DNA of 33,294 nucleotides from a virus. Shown here piece after piece: positions 20,439 through 29,742 of the stretch (the first letter of the stretch is position 1; each line of letters starts with the position of its first letter). Where the stretch lies: positions 1 to 33,294 of IMG/VR virus record IMGVR_UViG_3300030329_000080, one strand, 5' to 3'. The notes under the pieces were generated by a model, which saw only the letters and a list, made by a program, of their open reading frames with translations, had not been told where the DNA came from and searched no databases. The position numbers and the translations under genes are program-made.

Positions 20439-23018
20439 ATGGCAACAAATACAGAAAAAATAGTAGTACAGGTAGTCGTACAGGGAGATAAACAGTTAGA
20501 TAAACTTGAGAAAAAAACAAAAAGCACAACGCTAGGGTTTGGCAAAATGGCTGCTGGTGTTTTGGCTGCGGTTGCTACCTTTAGAAAGGTAAATCAAGTT
20601 GTTGCAGCATCTATAAGGTCTTTTAGAGATTTTGAATTTCAAATGGCTAAAGTAAAGGCGATTACTGGTGCAAACAGAAGTGAGTTTTTACAGTTATCAA
20701 AATCTGCTCAAGATTTAGGTAGGTCTACGTTCTTTACAGCACAACAAGTTGCTGAACTACAAACTAATTATGGTAAGTTAGGATTCACTACAAAAGAAAT
20801 ATTAGATGCTCAAGAGGCTACTCTTCAATTAGCGACAGCAACAGATTCTGATTTAGGTAGAGCAGCAGTTGTGGCAGGTGCTGCGGTAAGGGGTTTCGGT
20901 TTAAATGCTAATGAAACTGCTAGGGTTACTGATGTGATGGCGAAAGCATTTACATCATCTGCATTAGACTTGGAGAAGTTCCAAACATCTATGACAAAAG
21001 TTGCACCTATTGCAAAGTCAGCAGGATTTTCTATAGAAGATACAACTGCAATTATGGCTCAGTTAGCAGATTCTGGTATAGAGGCTTCTATAGCAGGTAC
21101 ATCTTTAAGGAATATATTACTTAAAATGCAAGACCCTAATTCAGATTTAGTAAAATCTTTTGGGAAAACTATACACTCTTTAGATGAGTTAGTACCTGCA
21201 CTTACTAAATTTAGTGAAGAGGGCGGTAGTCTTGCTGAAATTATGGAGGTTGTTGATTTAAGACAGGCGGCAGCGTTTGAACAAATGATAACCAGTAGAA
21301 AGAGAACTGTTGAGTTAAGAGATGCTTTAGTAAATGCTAAAGGTGCGGCTGCAGAAATGGCAAGAATAGTGGGAGATACATTAGAAGGTGCGTTAAAAAG
21401 GTCGCAATCTGCAACACAAGGTTTTCAAATTGTATTTATGCAAACATTTGGAGATGCTCTTAAAAACGTTATTGATGGTTTTGCTACATTAGTTAATAAG
21501 TTTACTGAATTTATAGAACTACCTATGTCTGAAACCTTAGACAACGATAGGGTTGCTATGAATAATTTATTTAAAAGTTTAGAAAAAACCAATATAAGTC
21601 AAGACACTAGAAACAGATTAATTGGTGAATTAAACTTAAAATATGGAGAATATTTACCTTTTATCATAGATGAAAAAACAAAACTTGAGGATTTGAAAAT
21701 AGCACAAAATGGTGCTAATGATGCTATGTTGAGAAGAGTAACGATAATGGCTGCTGAAGAGGCTCTAAGAGATGTTGTACAAAGAAGATTAGATAATCAA
21801 ATTGAAGCAACAAGATTAGTAAAAGAAGAAACAGAACTGCAAAATGAAAAGTTAGAAGCACAAGATGGTTCTTATAAAAGAGCAATACAAAGCAGTGGGG
21901 GTTATGACAGAACTTTAATGCGTATAACTACAAGTTTAGATGCTAATTCTAAAGCACAAGAAAAAAACAAAAAAGAAGCAGAGGAATTAGATGAAGAATA
22001 CACTGAAATTGCTAATACCGCAGCAAATTTAAAAATAAATATAGATGGTGTTACTAAATCTATAACAGGAGAGGGTGGTTCTGGAGGAGATGGTTCTGGA
22101 GGAGGTGGTGGTGGTGGTAAAGGATTGTCACAGGCTATGGCACAATCTACTATAGAAACTAGAATCCAAAATAATGAATTACAAAACTACATAAATATAA
22201 TGGGTGGAGTTATAGATAAATCTATAACATTAGAACAGGCTCAAGAACAGTTAAGACAACAAAGAATCAAAGACATAGAAGAAACATTAGCCAATGCACC
22301 TCTTATAATAACCGATTATCAAACAAGATTAAAACTTGAAAAACAGTTAATTGATTTAAAACTTCAAGGATTAACAGATGAGGAGAAAAAAAGAAAAGAG
22401 CAGATAGGACAAATGCAACAGGTAGGACAACAACTTATAACTTTAGCAGGAAATGATGAAAAATATCAAAAGGTAAGAGAGTTAGGTGTTAGAATATCTG
22501 CAGCAGCAGCATTAGCAAATAACGCGGAAGCATTGTCTTTACAAATGAAAGGTTTATCTGCAGATTTAGCATTAGGTTTCCCAGCCAACTTAATAGCAGT
22601 AGCATCTACACTAGCATTATTATTAAGTATGAAACAAAACTTTCAAGTTTTAGCAAGAGGTGAGCAGTTTGCAAATGGAGGTATGGTGCAAGGCAAATCA
22701 CACGCACAAGGTGGAGAAAAGTTTGCAGTAGGTGGTAGAGTAGTAGAGTTAGAGGGTGGTGAAGCAGTAATAAATAAAAGAAGTACAGCAATGTTTAGAA
22801 ACCAATTATCTGCTATGAACGCAGCAGGTGGTGGTGTTAAGTTTGCTGATGGTGGTTTATTAAATATGCCATCATTTACACAACAACAGTTTAATGCACT
22901 TGGTCAAACACAAATGATGGGTGCTATGCAGGGAGGAAGAAAAGTAGTAGTAGTTGAGGCGGATATTACAAATGCTCAAGATAAAGTAAGTGTAATTGAA
23001 TCTCAAGCAACATTATAA
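20439..23018 (+). CDS. Tail tape measure protein (859 aa)
   Basis: TP901-type core (FEFQMAKVKAITGA..., LGRSTFFTAQQVAE, AKAFTSSALDLEKF, SIAGTSLRNILLKM), long coiled-coil middle, Gly run, hydrophobic segment. Confidence 0.85.
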   Translation: MATNTEKIVVQVVVQGDKQLDKLEKKTKSTTLGFGKMAAGVLAAVATFRKVNQVVAASIRSFRDFEFQMAKVKAITGANRSEFLQLSKSAQDLGRSTFFTAQQVAELQTNYGKLGFTTKEILDAQEATLQLATATDSDLGRAAVVAGAAVRGFGLNANETARVTDVMAKAFTSSALDLEKFQTSMTKVAPIAKSAGFSIEDTTAIMAQLADSGIEASIAGTSLRNILLKMQDPNSDLVKSFGKTIHSLDELVPALTKFSEEGGSLAEIMEVVDLRQAAAFEQMITSRKRTVELRDALVNAKGAAAEMARIVGDTLEGALKRSQSATQGFQIVFMQTFGDALKNVIDGFATLVNKFTEFIELPMSETLDNDRVAMNNLFKSLEKTNISQDTRNRLIGELNLKYGEYLPFIIDEKTKLEDLKIAQNGANDAMLRRVTIMAAEEALRDVVQRRLDNQIEATRLVKEETELQNEKLEAQDGSYKRAIQSSGGYDRTLMRITTSLDANSKAQEKNKKEAEELDEEYTEIANTAANLKINIDGVTKSITGEGGSGGDGSGGGGGGGKGLSQAMAQSTIETRIQNNELQNYINIMGGVIDKSITLEQAQEQLRQQRIKDIEETLANAPLIITDYQTRLKLEKQLIDLKLQGLTDEEKKRKEQIGQMQQVGQQLITLAGNDEKYQKVRELGVRISAAAALANNAEALSLQMKGLSADLALGFPANLIAVASTLALLLSMKQNFQVLARGEQFANGGMVQGKSHAQGGEKFAVGGRVVELEGGEAVINKRSTAMFRNQLSAMNAAGGGVKFADGGLLNMPSFTQQQFNALGQTQMMGAMQGGRKVVVVEADITNAQDKVSVIESQATL

Positions 23019-23030
23019 AAAAACAAAACA

Positions 23031-23258
23031 ATGGAAGAAATTTTAATATTAGTAGAAAGTTATGGATTACCTTTAGTATTATTGCTAGGTGCATTATACG
23101 CATTATATAGATTTTTTGTTTTTAGTCTATATGAAGTTAAAAATGAATTTGGAAAAAGACACGAAGATAATGCAAAGGCAATGTCAGAACTAAAGATTGC
23201 AGTAGCAGAACTGAAAGAAAAGATTAGCACAGTGCTAGATTTTGTTAAACGTAAATAA
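23031..23258 (+). CDS. Small membrane protein with a coiled-coil tail (75 aa)
   Basis: TM segment GLPLVLLLGALYALYRFFVF. Confidence 0.55.
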   Translation: MEEILILVESYGLPLVLLLGALYALYRFFVFSLYEVKNEFGKRHEDNAKAMSELKIAVAELKEKISTVLDFVKRK

Positions 23259-23267
23259 TATAAACAT

Positions 23268-23462
23268 ATGTTTGTTAATAAAAAAACCAAATTAGAAAGG
23301 TTAAGTATATGTAAAAGTTGTAATATGTACCGAAACTTTATGTTACTTAAAAGACCAAAAATAGACTTAGGTGCAAGATGTGCAGAATGTAAGTGTTTCT
23401 TAGATGCAAAGACTTCTCTCACAAAAGAATTTTTTGGCAAATGTCCTAAAAATAAATGGTAA
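23268..23462 (+). CDS. Small Cys-rich (zinc-ribbon-like) protein (64 aa)
   Basis: CKSC ... CAEC-KC ... C. Confidence 0.5.
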   Translation: MFVNKKTKLERLSICKSCNMYRNFMLLKRPKIDLGARCAECKCFLDAKTSLTKEFFGKCPKNKW

Positions 23463-23472
23463 AATTAAACAT

Positions 23473-23778
23473 ATGAATTTTAAAGAAATCGCACAAAACT
23501 ACGACAAATCAAAAAGAAAGATGATGTCAAACGCTATTGTGAAGAACAGAAAGTATATGACTAACTTCGCAAAATATGATGCAGAATCATTAAACTTAAT
23601 GTATGCAGAATGGCATTTATTATTTCCAACACACAAGCAAGATATAAATTGCTCTAGTTGTAGAAAAGCAGTAAACAAGTTCTGGGAAACAATGTTAGAA
23701 GAGTGGATAGAATTAGAACAAACTCCAAAAGCAAAAACAAAAAAAACCAGTGGCTCAAAAAAAACAAAGGCAAAATAA
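23473..23778 (+). CDS. Hypothetical protein with a Lys-rich tail (101 aa)
   Basis: ATG 23473 is preferred to the upstream track start at 23404, which overlaps the previous ORF. Confidence 0.5.
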   Translation: MNFKEIAQNYDKSKRKMMSNAIVKNRKYMTNFAKYDAESLNLMYAEWHLLFPTHKQDINCSSCRKAVNKFWETMLEEWIELEQTPKAKTKKTSGSKKTKAK

Positions 23779-24082
23779 TATAGATATAGTTTACGACTAT
23801 ATAGAAACTCTTGGTGTAGAGTTAGAAAAAAGATTTGGAGATTGTCCTACTTGTAAAGATATGGTTAGACATCTTGTAGAGAGAGGAATTATAGAGCCAA
23901 AGAGAGTTAGAAACTATATGATTATTACTGACTTTGATAGAATGTTAGTACACAACGAGGGAAACAGAACTTATACATTTATGGATTTGTCTATTAAGTA
24001 CGAAATAAGCGAAAGTCAAGCACAAAATATCGTATACAAAGAAAGAAAAAAGTCTATTCCTAGCAATAACATTACTTGTTAA
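23750..24082 (+). CDS. Mor-like / sigma-region-4-like HTH protein, candidate late transcription activator (110 aa)
   Basis: RVRNYMIITDFDRMLVHNEGNRTYTFMDLSIKYEISESQAQNIVYKE fits the Mor pattern R...I...F...g.n...LA.kY.lS....iY. GTG start. Confidence 0.4.
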   Translation: MAQKKQRQNNIDIVYDYIETLGVELEKRFGDCPTCKDMVRHLVERGIIEPKRVRNYMIITDFDRMLVHNEGNRTYTFMDLSIKYEISESQAQNIVYKERKKSIPSNNITC

Positions 24083-24097
24083 AAGTTTTGTAAACAA

Positions 24098-24134
24098 ATT
24101 AGGTAAACATCAAATATATTTAACAGTATTTTTG
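24098..24134 (+). promoter_or_regulatory. Putative late promoter: ATTAGGTAAA upstream element, with the TATTTTTG -7 box starting 29 nt downstream of its first base
   Basis: Same architecture as at 11798-11834; the -7 box ends 5 nt before ATG 24140. Confidence 0.5.
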
Positions 24135-24139
24135 CACCT

Positions 24140-25174
24140 ATGAAAGGACAATGGTATAATATTCAAAACAAGGCTAGTGAAACTGCTGACATCTACATCT
24201 TTGATGAGATAGGTATGTATGGAGTAACAGCACAAGATTTTATTGGAGAAATAAAAGAATTAAAAAATACACCAATCAATTTACGCATAAACAGTTTAGG
24301 TGGAGATGTGTTTAATGGTATGGCTATTTATAATGTTATTAAAAAAAGAGAAGCAAAAACTACAGTTTATATTGAAGGTATAGCAGCGAGTATTGCAACT
24401 ATCATTGCGTTAGGTGCTGATGAGGTTGTAATGTCTGAAAACTCTTTATTTATGATACATAACGCTTGGGGTGGTACAATGGGAGATGCAAAAGATATGA
24501 GAAAATCTGCAGAAACTCTTGAAAAAATCTCAACAGAACTTACAGAAATCTATATGAAAAAGACAGGATTGTCTTATGATGTAGTTTCAAATATGATGGA
24601 TGAAGAAACTTGGTTAAACTCAGAAGAGGCTTATGAACTAGGTTTTGTAGACACTATATCTGATGCTATTAAGATTGCTGCAAAGTATGATGTTTCTAAG
24701 TTTAAGAACATCACCAATGAACAAATACAAAACAAATTAAATATTAACATAAATAACAGAAAAATGACTAACGAGTTAAAAGAATGGTTCAACAACAAAG
24801 TTGAAGAAATCGTTACTGCTGTAAAAGGTGATGTAAAAGTTTCTAATGATGTTGCTGAACAAACAGCAATTACTGTTAATTTAGGAGATAATGAAGAAAT
24901 AAAAAATAAGATTTCTGAGTTTGAAACTAATAATACAGAATTATCAAACAAAATCTCATTGTTAGAAGAAGAGTTAGCAACTGCAAAAGGAACTAACGAA
25001 ACTTTGACTAATGAAATTGAAGCGTTAAACGCAAAAATAAACAAGTCAGATGCTAAAGGAACTGAAATTGAAACTGATGGTGACCCTGCGGTAGTTGAAA
25101 ACAAAAAAGAAGATGCTAATGCAGGATTCTATAATGCAATGGCTGACAGAATAAGAAATAGATTTAATAATTAA
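24140..25174 (+). CDS. ClpP-family (S14) prohead protease fused to a C-terminal coiled-coil scaffold-like domain (344 aa)
   Basis: INSLGGDV, GIAASIATIIALGAD and FMIHNAWGG (Ser/His motifs), then about 150 aa of E/K/N-rich heptads. Confidence 0.85.
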   Translation: MKGQWYNIQNKASETADIYIFDEIGMYGVTAQDFIGEIKELKNTPINLRINSLGGDVFNGMAIYNVIKKREAKTTVYIEGIAASIATIIALGADEVVMSENSLFMIHNAWGGTMGDAKDMRKSAETLEKISTELTEIYMKKTGLSYDVVSNMMDEETWLNSEEAYELGFVDTISDAIKIAAKYDVSKFKNITNEQIQNKLNININNRKMTNELKEWFNNKVEEIVTAVKGDVKVSNDVAEQTAITVNLGDNEEIKNKISEFETNNTELSNKISLLEEELATAKGTNETLTNEIEALNAKINKSDAKGTEIETDGDPAVVENKKEDANAGFYNAMADRIRNRFNN

Positions 25175-25188
25175 AAAAATAAAATAAA

Positions 25189-26208
25189 ATGGCAACAGGA
25201 AACGTAGCAAATAAAGGAACTTTCGCAACTTACTCAGGGGCGAACTTAAATGAGATTTTTTATGAGCCAGTATTTAGAAGTGATGATATTATGCGTAACT
25301 ATAGAGTTATTCCTAATGTAAAGCATAAAATGAATGTGTTTACTTCTGCTGCTCTAACAAAAATAGTAACAAAACAAACTGCTTGTAGTGCAAGTAGTCA
25401 AGACCCAGTAGTAGATTTTAATATTGATGAGAAAACAATTACTGCAGGAAGAATGAGAGTTGCTCTTGAGCAATGCTCTAAAGAGTTTTATGACACTTAC
25501 ATTGAAGAAATGTACAGAAATGGTGTAGATGTAAATAATCTTGAAGGCACACAATTAGCAGATGCGATTGTAAATCGTGCTGTAAAAGGTATTGCACAGG
25601 ATGTAGTAAGATTAGCATGGGGTGGAGATAGCACAACTGCTAACTATGACCAAATGTCTGGTTGGATGAAATTAATGGGAGATGATGCAACTGTATTGGC
25701 AGCAAGAACTGAGTTTAGTGCGGCAGCACCTACAGCACCAACAGCAGCAGAGGCTCTTTCTTTAATAAGAAATATGTATGACAATGCACCGGCAGCACTA
25801 CAACAAGTTCCTGCAGCAGATAAGAAAATGTTTGTAACTCCAAAGACTTACAATGCTTACTTACAAAACCTAGAAGGTACTTCTGCAGATTTAGCAATAA
25901 CTAACCAACAAGATGGATTGTTAGTTGTTAAGTTTAGAGGTGTTGAATTAGTACCTATGTATGAGTGGGATACTATATTAGCAGACACTGACCCAGCATT
26001 ATTCTTAAGAGGTGGTGTTAATGGAACAGAAGGTGCTTGTTACTGCGCAGTTGAGAACTTAATAATAGGTTCTGATGTAACAGACCCAGAAGGTTCATTT
26101 AAAGTATTCTATGATGATTTAGAAGAAAAAATGTTCTTTAGAGGATATTTCAAGTTAGGTGTACAATTTCTGTACCCTTCACTTGTACAATGGGGAATTT
26201 TCTACTAA
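25189..26208 (+). CDS. Major capsid protein, HK97-fold type (339 aa)
   Basis: Directly follows the protease-scaffold gene; size and composition fit; followed by a stable hairpin. Confidence 0.75.
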   Translation: MATGNVANKGTFATYSGANLNEIFYEPVFRSDDIMRNYRVIPNVKHKMNVFTSAALTKIVTKQTACSASSQDPVVDFNIDEKTITAGRMRVALEQCSKEFYDTYIEEMYRNGVDVNNLEGTQLADAIVNRAVKGIAQDVVRLAWGGDSTTANYDQMSGWMKLMGDDATVLAARTEFSAAAPTAPTAAEALSLIRNMYDNAPAALQQVPAADKKMFVTPKTYNAYLQNLEGTSADLAITNQQDGLLVVKFRGVELVPMYEWDTILADTDPALFLRGGVNGTEGACYCAVENLIIGSDVTDPEGSFKVFYDDLEEKMFFRGYFKLGVQFLYPSLVQWGIFY

Positions 26209-26223
26209 AAATAATGTAATGAT

Positions 26224-26245
26224 AGAGGGGGAGTAATCCTCCTCT
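26224..26245 (+). terminator. Stable hairpin after the capsid gene (partial terminator or mRNA stabiliser)
   Basis: agaggggga-gtaa-tcctcctct (9 bp including one G-T pair); weak T tract downstream. Confidence 0.5.
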
Positions 26246-26282
26246 TAATTACTTTTAATTAACAATATAAAATAATAATAAT

Positions 26283-26876
26283 ATGGCAATAGATAAAGGT
26301 ATAGGCGTAGATTGCACAGCCCTACAAAGCACAGGTGGTATAAAGCAAATATGCCTAAGAAGTTTTGCTTCTGATGATGAAGTTACATTTGATAATGGTG
26401 TTGGAAAACATGATGTAACAAAGATTGTTAGTGGTGGTGGTTCTACAGCAAATTGGTTTGTTTTTGAATTTAAAAATGAAACTGCTGCATTAACTATAAA
26501 TGCAACTAAAGAAAATGGTTCAACAGCATTTGAGTGTGGTCTTAGTTTTATGATACCTCAAATAAACAATTCTAGGATGCATGAATTACAAACAATGCTT
26601 GACACTTGTATGATGGCAATAGTTGTAACTACAAATGATGAAAAATTAGTTATTGGATTAAGTGAGAAATATGCAAATGAAGATGTACCTGCTAAAAACC
26701 AAACTTTCTTAAATTTAGCAAGTATGGAGGGTGGTACTGGTGCTGCTTATTCAGATGAAAATGGGATTACTGTAAACTTAATGGCAAGACAATTTGAACT
26801 TCCAAGACAGTATGACCCAGCAACTGGTGCAGGTCTTGTAATTGATACATCTGCTTTAACAGCAACAACAACGTAG
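26283..26876 (+). CDS. Putative major tail (tube) protein (197 aa)
   Basis: Beta-rich. The pattern WFVFEFKNETAALTINATKENGSTAFECGLSFMIP...MAIVVTTNDEKLVIG recalls tube proteins, by eye only. Confidence 0.4.
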   Translation: MAIDKGIGVDCTALQSTGGIKQICLRSFASDDEVTFDNGVGKHDVTKIVSGGGSTANWFVFEFKNETAALTINATKENGSTAFECGLSFMIPQINNSRMHELQTMLDTCMMAIVVTTNDEKLVIGLSEKYANEDVPAKNQTFLNLASMEGGTGAAYSDENGITVNLMARQFELPRQYDPATGAGLVIDTSALTATTT

Positions 26877-26941
26877 TAATTAAATATATAATAATAGGTT
26901 GGTATTTTATCGTAAAATGTTTTAACATGACCCTATTAATA

Positions 26942-26949
26942 TATTTTTG
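26942..26949 (+). promoter_or_regulatory. Bacteroidota-type -7 promoter box TATTTTTG
   Basis: Exact TAnnTTTG in the 135-nt gap, followed by the inverted repeat gtgtgat (26957-26963) / atcacac (26987-26993). Confidence 0.4.
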
Positions 26950-27011
26950 TAAAAATGTGTGATTGTTCAAATAATGTTGTAGATTTATCACACTTAAAAA
27001 TTTATACAATT

Positions 27012-27224
27012 ATGGCAGAATATAAAGCAATAAAAAAAGTAACAGTTTATCATGGTGCTAACAGTGTTATTAGAACAGCATCAGCAACTCAAGAAGAATT
27101 AGCATACGCTTATGAAGAGTTAGGAATGATTAATGAAATACAAAAATTAACTACAAACAGTAAAGATGAGCCAAAGAAAGCAACCAAAAACAAAAAGTCA
27201 ATTAAAAACAAATCAAAAGACTAA
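27012..27224 (+). CDS. Hypothetical protein (70 aa)
   Basis: ATG 27012 sits in the conserved tacaattATG context and is preferred to the ATG at 26955. Confidence 0.45.
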   Translation: MAEYKAIKKVTVYHGANSVIRTASATQEELAYAYEELGMINEIQKLTTNSKDEPKKATKNKKSIKNKSKD

Positions 27225-28488
27225 TACTTTTGAGTTTGGTGTTTTTAACTTAGCGATACCAGAGCATATAGAAGAACCTTTGGACTTATCAAGAGTAAGG
27301 ACTAAGTTTATACCTTTTGGTACTAACAATCTTTTTCCTCAATATTTAGCAGAATTAAAACGTAAATCTTCTACTCACAGAAGTGTACTTGCACAAAAAA
27401 CTATTTTTACAAGTGGTGCTAAATTTGTAACAAACAACGAAGATTTAAAACAATATATTAAAGATGTCAATGCAGATGGCGAGAATTTAAGAGATGTCTT
27501 TAAAAAACTAGCAGATGATTACTATACATTTGGTAACGCATACATTGAGGGTGTATTGTATGATGGTGGACTAAATCTATATCATGTAGATGCCACTACT
27601 GTTAGAATGTCAAAAAACAAGAAGGAAGTTTATATACACCCAGATTGGGCAAAGTATAACACAATGAAAGACAAACTTACAATACTTCCTATTTATCCTA
27701 ATGTAAGAAGCAATAGGTTTGTATTACAATTCAAAGATTATGAGCCTACATTTACTTTCTATGGTTTACCAGATTACGTTGCTGCATTAGAGCATATTGC
27801 GGTAGACTATGAAATAGGTAAATGGAATCACACTAAATTTAAAAATGGTTTCCAACCATCTGCAATAGTAGAGATTAGTGGTGATATGGGAGAAGAGGAG
27901 GCTAAGAAATTAGTTAGAGAGGCACAGAAAAAGTTTGTCGGAGATGGTAATAATGGTAAGATAATGTTTATAGTAAAAAATGGTGACACTTCACCTGCTA
28001 ATGTAAATATTATAAAAGATGACCAAGAAGGAAGTTGGATTGACTTGCAAAAAATAACAGACCAAAACATTGTAACTGCACACAGATGGCAACCATCTTT
28101 AAGTGGTTTAGTTTCTAGTGGTAAAATGAATAATACAGGAAGTGAGATTAGAATTGCTTACGATTTAGCAATGACTACTGTTATTAAAGATACTTCTGAT
28201 ATGCTACTTACAGGTATTAAGAATTTATTATTTAAGGAGTTAGGATATTTACCAGAAGATTTACTTATACAGTACGAGCCACCAATTAGTTTTGCTACTC
28301 AAATAGACCCTTCTAAAGTTCTTACTATAAACGAGCAAAGAAGAATGTTAGATGAAGATTTACCAATGCTAGAAGAGGGCAATATGTTTATCACTGATAG
28401 AGAACAGATTATAGTAACAAGAGATGATGAAGATGGTGCGGATGAAGATGAAAGTCTACAAGTAACTGAAACTAATACAACAAACTAA
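27166..28488 (+). CDS. Portal protein (440 aa)
   Basis: Size. The N-terminal region FIPFGTNNLFPQYLAELKRKSSTHRSVLAQKTIFTSGAKF...YYTFGNAYIEGV resembles PBSX/HK97-type portals. Acidic C-terminal tail. Confidence 0.75.
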   Translation: MSQRKQPKTKSQLKTNQKTNTFEFGVFNLAIPEHIEEPLDLSRVRTKFIPFGTNNLFPQYLAELKRKSSTHRSVLAQKTIFTSGAKFVTNNEDLKQYIKDVNADGENLRDVFKKLADDYYTFGNAYIEGVLYDGGLNLYHVDATTVRMSKNKKEVYIHPDWAKYNTMKDKLTILPIYPNVRSNRFVLQFKDYEPTFTFYGLPDYVAALEHIAVDYEIGKWNHTKFKNGFQPSAIVEISGDMGEEEAKKLVREAQKKFVGDGNNGKIMFIVKNGDTSPANVNIIKDDQEGSWIDLQKITDQNIVTAHRWQPSLSGLVSSGKMNNTGSEIRIAYDLAMTTVIKDTSDMLLTGIKNLLFKELGYLPEDLLIQYEPPISFATQIDPSKVLTINEQRRMLDEDLPMLEEGNMFITDREQIIVTRDDEDGADEDESLQVTETNTTN

Positions 28489-28489
28489 T

Positions 28490-29071
28490 ATGGCAAATGT
28501 AAATCAATATATAACTTTAGTAACTGCAGCAGAGGTTATAAGCAATAGTTTTACTAACGCAAATACTGACACTGCTTTAATTTCTACCAACACGATATTA
28601 TTATCAGAATTAGCACACATAAAACCTGCTTTAGGTAGAAAGTTTTACGAAGAATTAAAAACTCAACATAACAATGGAACACTAACTACTGCTAATCAAA
28701 CATTAATGGATGATTTTCTTACTAGATGTTTGTGCTGGTTTGTTAGGTTTGAGGTTATAAATGAAGTGCAAAGTAATAGTACAAGTGCAGGTATAGTACA
28801 CAATATTGATGAATTTGCAACAATTATAGACCCTGCTGAATTAAATGCTTATAAGCAGGACACTTACAGAAAATCTGAAATATATTTAGATGATATGATA
28901 GATTACATGGAGGGAGATGACCAAAATGGTTTATACCCAACATATGAAGCAAACAGACCTACAAGAGGTCAAGCATACAAAAATCATGGTATAATAATGT
29001 ATGATAGTATTTACACTAGAAAAAGAAATTACACAAGTTGGAAAGATTTTTGCCCTTGTGATGATTGTTAA
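28490..29071 (+). CDS. Putative head-tail connector / head completion protein (193 aa)
   Basis: Immediately downstream of the portal gene; helical N-terminal region typical of adaptors. Assignment is positional. Confidence 0.4.
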   Translation: MANVNQYITLVTAAEVISNSFTNANTDTALISTNTILLSELAHIKPALGRKFYEELKTQHNNGTLTTANQTLMDDFLTRCLCWFVRFEVINEVQSNSTSAGIVHNIDEFATIIDPAELNAYKQDTYRKSEIYLDDMIDYMEGDDQNGLYPTYEANRPTRGQAYKNHGIIMYDSIYTRKRNYTSWKDFCPCDDC

Positions 29072-29081
29072 AATTAAATAA

Positions 29082-29723
29082 ATGGCTGCAAACGAACACA
29101 AAAACTTAAAAGACATAAACAGACATAATCCAAAAGGATTTGAGTCTGCTCTTAATGACACTGTCTTATCTAAAGGAGAGGGTAGTGGTGCAGATACTAC
29201 AGATGGTAGTATAGAATGGCAATCAAAGTCTTTGTTAGGAACAACTAATTATAAAATGCAAGGTTATATTAGTTCTGGTAACACTAATTATACTTTTGGA
29301 GAAGATATAGAAGATAATAAATCTCCTTTTCAATGGGATATAAATTTTGGTAGTACAAGTGCTACTGGTGCAACCCTAACTCCTAAACAGTTGTTTAGAA
29401 TGGGGGTTTCTCATGTTATACCTTTTGCATCAAAAGTACAAAGAATAAGAGGTTGGGTAACAAGTGATGGTGGTAATGTTATAACAATAGCATTGTGTAA
29501 GGTAACTCCAACAGCAGGTTCTGCAAGTGCGGTAACTCCTGTGGTTGTAGATGAGTTTACTGCAACTGGAGGTAGTAGTGATTCTAAGTTGGTATTAATC
29601 AATGAAACTGCTATTACTGCATCATCTTTAGCGGCAGGAGATATATTGTTTCCAATGATAAAAGAGGCTAGTGGAGGTTCAGAGATTTTTGTAAACTTAA
29701 CAATAGAAACAGTAGTATATTAA
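29082..29723 (+). CDS. Hypothetical virion protein (213 aa)
   Basis: Beta-rich S/T/G composition within the structural block. Confidence 0.5.
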   Translation: MAANEHKNLKDINRHNPKGFESALNDTVLSKGEGSGADTTDGSIEWQSKSLLGTTNYKMQGYISSGNTNYTFGEDIEDNKSPFQWDINFGSTSATGATLTPKQLFRMGVSHVIPFASKVQRIRGWVTSDGGNVITIALCKVTPTAGSASAVTPVVVDEFTATGGSSDSKLVLINETAITASSLAAGDILFPMIKEASGGSEIFVNLTIETVVY

Positions 29724-29742
29724 ATTATAAAAAAAATAAAAT

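Noticed and set aside
21628-21642. Leader-motif-like sequence aattaaacttaaaat inside the tape measure gene
   Set aside because: It lies deep inside a long ORF (it encodes ELNLKY) with no downstream start codon. It is an A/T-rich partial match that is plausibly a chance occurrence.
23739-23764. Two A8 runs in the overlap between the 23473..23778 and 23750..24082 ORFs as a second programmed frameshift
   Set aside because: Joining the two frames needs a +1 shift (or loss of one A), not a -1 shift, and there is no X_XXY_YYZ site in the right register. A GTG start with a 29-nt overlap explains the arrangement adequately. A homopolymer length error cannot be excluded without reads.
24631-25228. 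Minus-strand ORFs of 157 aa and 60 aa opposite the protease-scaffold gene
   Set aside because: They are antisense to a GAA/AAA-rich coiled-coil coding region that is naturally free of stops on the opposite strand. The product is a low-complexity S/F/L-rich sequence.
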